A DNA stretch of 64,000 bases from a virus. Below are positions 59,518-64,000 of the stretch, piece by piece. The position numbers and the translations under genes were made by a program. The stretch's first letter is position 1. Every line of letters starts with the position of its first letter. Where the stretch lies: positions 1-64,000 of IMG/VR virus record IMGVR_UViG_3300028831_000395. The stretch is one strand, 5' to 3'. The notes below the pieces were generated by a model. That model was not told where the DNA came from. It saw nothing but the letters and a program-made list of their open reading frames with translations, and searched no databases.

Positions 59518-61679
59518 GTCGCCGCCGGCTCCTCGGGGTCGAACACGGCGACGATAGTGCCTCGGCAGCGGTCCATGCCCTCGCACGCGACGTAGCCGCC
59601 CATCGATGGGTAGTCGTGCATCGCCTCGTCCACGGACGCGTACTCCGTGCCGTCGATGTCGCGGCACGGGGTGCACGTCGCGTCGTCGAGGATCTCGCTG
59701 GCGTAGATGGCCTCCGTCGGCGCGGCGTCGATCGCCGCGAAGCGCCCGGTGTTGATCGCGCGCCACACCGCGCCGCTCGACGCGCTCACGGCCGCGGCGA
59801 CCGACAGCGACTCGAGGTGCTGCGCGATCGCGTCGGCCTCCTCGGCGGCGAGCTGCGTCGGTCGCAGCCGCCCGAGGAGGCCTCGGCGAGCCGTCGTCGG
59901 AGGCAGCTGCGTGCGCGCGGCAGACGCGGCGCTCTCGATGATCTGCGCGGCCATCCGGCGGTGCATCTCGCGGGCCTCAAGCTCGGCGCGGTCGGTGTAG
60001 TCCACGGACGCCTCGAGCGCGACTCCCTGCCTCGCGGCCTCGCCGAGGACCTGCTGGACGCCCTGGTTGGCGGTCGCGATCAGCAGCGTGACCAGCGGCC
60101 CGGTGTCCATGCCGGCGGCGTGATCGGTGAGCGCCGGCGCGAGCGTCGCGCCGAGCGTCAGCGGGTCCACCGCCCGCATGTCGCCGACGAGGTCCACGGC
60201 CACGCTGGCGAGCTCGTCGCGGTCGCGCAGCAGCACCGCCGCGAGGTCCTCCCTGGCCGCGACGTGCTGCGCCTCAAGCAGCGCGAAGTCGACGCTCGAC
60301 GCGAGCTCGACGTCGGTCGGCTCGCGGCGCAGCTCCCGTCCGGTGACCGCGGCGAACGACGAGCGCACGGCCGCGGCGCGACGCCGCGCAGCAGCCGATC
60401 GCGCGGCGGCTACGGTGCCCTGCTGCGCGCCGTCCTCCTGCTGCTGCTCGTCGGGTTGGGTGTCCTGCGGCGGGCTGGTGATGCTCGGCGTCGCCGCGGC
60501 GTCCTCGCGGCGCCTCCACACGAGGCGCGGCGCCGGCGCGCCGAGGCCGCCGGGGTTGCGGTCGATCCACGGCTCGCACACCTGCTGCGTCATCACGTCG
60601 CAGTACCAGTCCACGACGGCGTCGTGGAAGTCTGCGAGGAGGTCGTCGAACGTGCCGCCCAGCGCCCGCGAGCCGGTCTCGGTCTGCCCGAGCTGCAGCA
60701 GCATCGCGAGCATCGCGCGGGCCATGCACTCGTCGAGGTAGCGCAGCACGCCGACGAGGTCCGGCGTGGAGCCGGTCACGCCCATGAGCATGAGCGAGTC
60801 GCGTATCGACGCGTCGGTCTCGAGCACGAGGTTCGTGTCCTCGCCGGCGGCGAGGCGCGCCAGCAGGCGCTCCATGACCGCCTTCGCCTCGGCCGCGCCG
60901 GGCGCGACCTTGCCGACGGGGATGCCCATGCCCGTCCGCTCGGACGACATCCCCATCACCCGGAGCGTGCGATCGCGCAGCAGCCAGGCGCTGTAGAGCG
61001 GACGCAGCATCGACCGGCCGCGTGGGTCGCCCGGCGCGCCCTGCCACGTGAACACGGCGAGGTGGTCGACGGGCAGCTCGGTCGGCGGGTTGGTCTCGCG
61101 CTGCACGACCTGCAGCAGCCGGCCGTGCCGGTCGATCTTCCACGAGTCGGGGTCGTCGATCGTCCACTGCGGCACCGGCGCGAGATCCACGAGGCGCCAC
61201 CAGCCGTCCTCGTCGATCCGGCCGGCGTGCTCGAAGACGGCGTGCCCGTAGTCGAGGCCGTCCATCGCGCGGTCCAGCTGCCGCCGCGAGCTGAACCGGT
61301 CGGCGCGTCGACCGGGCCGCTGCTCGTCCGGGGCGCCGACGAGCGGCACGTCGAGGTCGGCGGCCATCTTGTCGCACGCCTCGGGCGCCGCGCCGGCGGG
61401 GTCGAGCTCGACGATGTAGCGGTGTACGGGCAGCCGGATCGCCTGCCGCAGCGACGAGGCCTGCGTGTCGTTGAGGATCGACTGCACCGTCTCAGTGCGC
61501 TTGCGGCCCTGCCACGCCGGCGCGGTCTCGCGCTCCATCGGCATGAAGTGCGACCAGCCCGGCAGCCCGACGTTCAGACCGGCGAGCTCCGGGAACACGC
61601 TCGAGTCCTGACCCCCCGTCGGGCGCGAGACAGCCGCGATCACGTCCAGACGTGCCTTCGCCCTGTCGATCTCGCCCAC
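59514..61679 (-). CDS. Portal protein (Mu gp29 / DUF935-like) fused to a MuF / SPP1 gp7-like minor head domain
   Basis: 721 aa. N-terminal two-thirds is portal-like. The C-terminal about 250 aa ends in YASEILDDATCTPCRDIDGTEY...GGYVACEGMDRCRGT, typical of MuF-like proteins. Confidence 0.7.
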   Translation of the reverse strand: MGEIDRAKARLDVIAAVSRPTGGQDSSVFPELAGLNVGLPGWSHFMPMERETAPAWQGRKRTETVQSILNDTQASSLRQAIRLPVHRYIVELDPAGAAPEACDKMAADLDVPLVGAPDEQRPGRRADRFSSRRQLDRAMDGLDYGHAVFEHAGRIDEDGWWRLVDLAPVPQWTIDDPDSWKIDRHGRLLQVVQRETNPPTELPVDHLAVFTWQGAPGDPRGRSMLRPLYSAWLLRDRTLRVMGMSSERTGMGIPVGKVAPGAAEAKAVMERLLARLAAGEDTNLVLETDASIRDSLMLMGVTGSTPDLVGVLRYLDECMARAMLAMLLQLGQTETGSRALGGTFDDLLADFHDAVVDWYCDVMTQQVCEPWIDRNPGGLGAPAPRLVWRRREDAAATPSITSPPQDTQPDEQQQEDGAQQGTVAAARSAAARRRAAAVRSSFAAVTGRELRREPTDVELASSVDFALLEAQHVAAREDLAAVLLRDRDELASVAVDLVGDMRAVDPLTLGATLAPALTDHAAGMDTGPLVTLLIATANQGVQQVLGEAARQGVALEASVDYTDRAELEAREMHRRMAAQIIESAASAARTQLPPTTARRGLLGRLRPTQLAAEEADAIAQHLESLSVAAAVSASSGAVWRAINTGRFAAIDAAPTEAIYASEILDDATCTPCRDIDGTEYASVDEAMHDYPSMGGYVACEGMDRCRGTIVAVFDPEEPAAT

Positions 61680-61728
61680 AGCCGCCAGTCAACCACCGCG
61701 CCGGCGCGGCGAGTCCATGCGCATGCGC

Positions 61729-61893
61729 TCAGGTCGCTGCGCGGCGATCCGCGAGCCATGCTGACAGCAGCATCGCTGCGAGTCCGACGACGACGCCCGC
61801 GACGACGACGATCGGCGATCGGACGCCAGCGATGTCGCACGGGAGGGTGACGGCGACGAGCGCCGCGCAGCCGGTCAGCACGTGCCGCGTCAT
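61729..61893 (-). CDS. Small 2-TM membrane protein (54 aa)
   Basis: MTRHVLTGCAALVAVTLPC..IVVVAGVVVGLAAMLLSAWL. ATGA-coupled. Confidence 0.45.
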   Translation of the reverse strand: MTRHVLTGCAALVAVTLPCDIAGVRSPIVVVAGVVVGLAAMLLSAWLADRRAAT

Positions 61894-62111
61894 GCTGGCG
61901 TGAATCCGGTCACGCGCCCGTTGCCGCCTGGCTCGTAACGGTTCAACGCGTCGTAGCGGTAGTCGGTGTCTACGTGACCGCCCTGCGGTCCCCATGCGAC
62001 CTTGCCGACCGCGTCGGCGAGCTTGACGAGGTCCTCGGCGCTGGCGTCGGGCGCGAGATCGCGCGCCCGCTCGTAGATGGCGCCCTGCGCGTCCTTGAGG
62101 CTCGCCGCCAT
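61890..62111 (-). CDS. Hypothetical protein (73 aa)
   Basis: Start at MAASLKDAQGAIYERARDL. Confidence 0.45.
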   Translation of the reverse strand: MAASLKDAQGAIYERARDLAPDASAEDLVKLADAVGKVAWGPQGGHVDTDYRYDALNRYEPGGNGRVTGFTPA

Positions 62112-62202
62112 GGAGGCACGAGTATGCCGAAACGACGAGCGCCCGACCACCAGGAGGGTGATCGGGCGCCGGAGGGCCCCGCGTTGATCCTTAGAAGTCA
62201 GC

Positions 62203-62230
62203 GGGGCGAGGCTCTGCAGCGCCTCGCCCC
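62203..62230 (-). terminator. Hairpin (10-bp stem)
   Basis: GGGGCGAGGC-8 nt-GCCTCGCCCC, downstream of the stop at 62282. Confidence 0.5.
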
Positions 62231-62281
62231 TAGCCCCTCACATCGTGCAGCGGACCGTAGCAGCCCGCCACGACGGCGACT

Positions 62282-62572
62282 CTAGATCATCTCCATTGCG
62301 CTGTTCTGTAGGTCAACCGTGAGCCCGTTCTCCTCGGCGATCTCGAGCACGTAGCGCCAGTCGTCGCTCGTGGGCGGTCCCCACTTGCTCGGCGCGAGCC
62401 GCAGGCGGTACGTGCGCTCGATCCCTCCGTCTAACACGGCGCGCCTCTCGGCGCTGCCGGCGTCCAGTCGTACATCGAACGTCGGGGGCTTGTACTCCCG
62501 CTGCGGCTCGTCGTCGACCGAGCGCTGCGACTCGAGCGCCGTGAACACGCTGAGCGCCGTTGCCTTGTCCAT
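62282..62572 (-). CDS. Hypothetical protein (96 aa)
   Basis: GAAAGGGGA before ATG 62572; protein-like sequence. Confidence 0.55.
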   Translation of the reverse strand: MDKATALSVFTALESQRSVDDEPQREYKPPTFDVRLDAGSAERRAVLDGGIERTYRLRLAPSKWGPPTSDDWRYVLEIAEENGLTVDLQNSAMEMI

Positions 62573-62657
62573 CTGAGGTCCCCTTTCGGGTCGGTGGTCC
62601 GCCACTCCGCGGGCGCGGCTAGCGGGCTACGACCAGTATGCAGATCCTGCATCGCCC

Positions 62658-64000
62658 TCAGAACTTCTCGTCGAGGATCCCGCCCATGATCGTGCCCGGC
62701 CCGGTGTCGCCGGGCGGGTCCTCCTCGCCCTTCGGTCCGGGCTGCGGGTTGGCCCACGTGATCGCCTGGCTGAACGCGTCGACCTGGTCGTCGTACGCGC
62801 CGGCGGGGAACGTCGCGGCCTCGTGGATCCAGTCGGCGACGGTCGTCGGGACGATGTCGTGGCGGACGCCGCGCTCGTCTGTGTAGAACTCCGGGCAGGG
62901 GATCGTGTCGGCGGCCGGCAGGATGATCTCGCCGCGCTCAGCGTTCGGTGAGACGGCCGCGGCGCGCACGTCCTTGCCGCCCTCGGGCTCGATCTCGATC
63001 CAGCCGCTGATCTCGCGCTTGAGCGCCGATACGACGGCGGGCCCGTTCGCCTTCGCCTCGACGAGCTTCCATGTCGCTCGAGGCTCGAACGCGGTCATCG
63101 CGCGCACGACGTGCACGGTCTCGGCGAAACCCCATCGGCCCCGAGCCTGCGCCAGCAGGTAGCAGTCCATGCCGTGGATGCCCCAGACCTGCCCGACGAC
63201 GTAGCTCGTGCTCGCCTTCTTACTGTCGCCGAATCGCATGTCCCAGGACTGCACGAGCACCCGCCAGCCTCGATGGAGGTAGCGGTCGAAGCCGGGCTGC
63301 CAGCGCCGCGCGAACCATGCGCGCTGGAACGTGCCGCCCTCCTCTGGGGCGGGCTGCTGCTGGTACTGCCCGGCGTAGGCGTAGCTGCCGAGGTCGCGGC
63401 GGCGCTGGTCAAGCGTCGTCTCGTTCAGGCGGACGGGGTCGAGCTTCTCGCCCTTCTCGGTGCGTGGGTCGCCGGCGATCTCGCGGCCGGACGGCAGCGT
63501 CGCCTGGGCGGGGTAGGTGAACTGGTGCGACGGGATGTACTCGGCCGGCAGGCACAGGTGATGCCAGCCGATGTCGCGCGCGAGGAGATGGCCGGTCAGG
63601 TCGTTCTCGTGCAGGCGCTGCATCACGATCACCGCGGCGGCGTGCTCGTCGATGAACCGCGTGGTCATCGTCTCGTCCCACCAGCGGTTCGCGGTCTTGC
63701 GGTCGGCCTCCGAGCGAGCCTGCCGCGGGTTGAGCGGATCGTCCACGACGATGCGGTCGCCGTGGTCGCCGGTCGCCTGGCCGCTGACGGACGTCGCGAG
63801 GCGCATCCCGGTCTCCGTCGTGTCGTAGCGGCCCTTCGCGTTCTGATCAACCGACAGCTGCCACGTCTGCCCGAGGAGCCGCAGCACGCCCTGGTAGCCG
63901 CGCCTGGCGAACAGGCCACCGGTCGCGGCGCCGCCCTGAGACTGGATCAGCGTGCGCATCTTCCGCGAGTCGCGGAACGCGAAGTCCTGCGCGTACGACG
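62658..64000 (-). CDS. Terminase large subunit, partial (5' end beyond window)
   Basis: The frame stays open upstream of the first Met through to the window edge. IVVDDPLNP, VMQRLHENDLTGHLL, nuclease-domain SWDMRFGD and DDQVDAFSQAITW. Confidence 0.85.
   Translation of the reverse strand, partial: SYAQDFAFRDSRKMRTLIQSQGGAATGGLFARRGYQGVLRLLGQTWQLSVDQNAKGRYDTTETGMRLATSVSGQATGDHGDRIVVDDPLNPRQARSEADRKTANRWWDETMTTRFIDEHAAAVIVMQRLHENDLTGHLLARDIGWHHLCLPAEYIPSHQFTYPAQATLPSGREIAGDPRTEKGEKLDPVRLNETTLDQRRRDLGSYAYAGQYQQQPAPEEGGTFQRAWFARRWQPGFDRYLHRGWRVLVQSWDMRFGDSKKASTSYVVGQVWGIHGMDCYLLAQARGRWGFAETVHVVRAMTAFEPRATWKLVEAKANGPAVVSALKREISGWIEIEPEGGKDVRAAAVSPNAERGEIILPAADTIPCPEFYTDERGVRHDIVPTTVADWIHEAATFPAGAYDDQVDAFSQAITWANPQPGPKGEEDPPGDTGPGTIMGGILDEKF

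Larger units (their letters stand above)
1..64000. mobile_element. Tailed-phage / prophage genome segment (early, recombination, lysis and late structural modules); continues beyond both window edges
   Basis: Terminase, portal, scaffold/protease, capsid, sheath, tube, tape measure, baseplate, lysins, RecT/exonuclease and Ku sit in one tightly packed, almost unidirectional gene array. Partial genes lie at both edges. No integrase or att site seen. Confidence 0.9.

Noticed and set aside
1-64000. Search for tRNA, rRNA, CRISPR arrays, transposase/IS elements and toxin-antitoxin pairs.
   Set aside because: By eye I saw no cloverleaf-like or rRNA-like segments, no repeat-spacer arrays, and no DDE transposase, integrase or recognisable TA motifs. 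Absence is by inspection only; tRNAscan-SE, Infernal and ISEScan would be decisive.

Overview
The window is a very GC-rich (by eye about 70%, not computed) slice of a tailed-phage or prophage genome from a probable actinobacterial host. The host guess rests on MihF-type IHF genes, TraB-type FtsK, Tat-like signals and heavy GTG/TTG start use. Almost all genes lie on the minus strand and are translationally coupled through ATGA/GTGA overlaps.

Layout from right to left:
- 64.0-37.1 kb: late structural operon. It runs terminase large subunit (cut by the window edge), a portal fused to a MuF-like domain, a Mu gpI-like protease/scaffold, a DUF2190 protein, major capsid, connectors, a LamG protein with about 14 tandem 22-aa repeats, then the contractile tail (sheath, tube, frameshifted chaperones, tape measure, LysM protein, hub with lysin domains, beta-helix spike, gp25-like, baseplate J, fibre).
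- 37.1-35.3 kb: lysis cassette (M15 peptidase, holin-like protein, GH24 lysozyme).
- 35.1-28.3 kb: recombination and replication genes (RecT-like, RecB/Cas4-like nuclease, HNH, initiator-like gene with internal iterons, RuvC-like).
- 27.7-26.5 kb: a plus-strand two-gene insert encoding a collagen-like membrane protein.
- 26.4-17.4 kb: Ku, DUF5131, a HARE-HTH / HerA-like ATPase operon, and a RusA-like protein.
- 17.3-11.4 kb: the only long plus-strand island. It holds five unknown small proteins, then an RHH-regulated cassette of membrane proteins, a NucA/NucB-type DNase and a membrane-anchored FtsK/SpoIIIE (TraB-like) translocase.
- 11.3-0 kb: early genes (DnaQ-like exonuclease, ASCH, HIT, RlpA-like, two MihF-like IHF paralogues, UDG-like, partial RNase H-like).

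A conserved 25-30 bp promoter/leader motif heads essentially every early or middle operon. No integrase, att site, tRNA, rRNA or CRISPR array was seen. Many long Arg/Ala/Pro-rich ORFs in the supplied track are GC-driven shadow frames, and many true starts (GTG/TTG, coupled) differ from the ORF-track starts. All homology calls come from motif recognition by eye; no searches were run.
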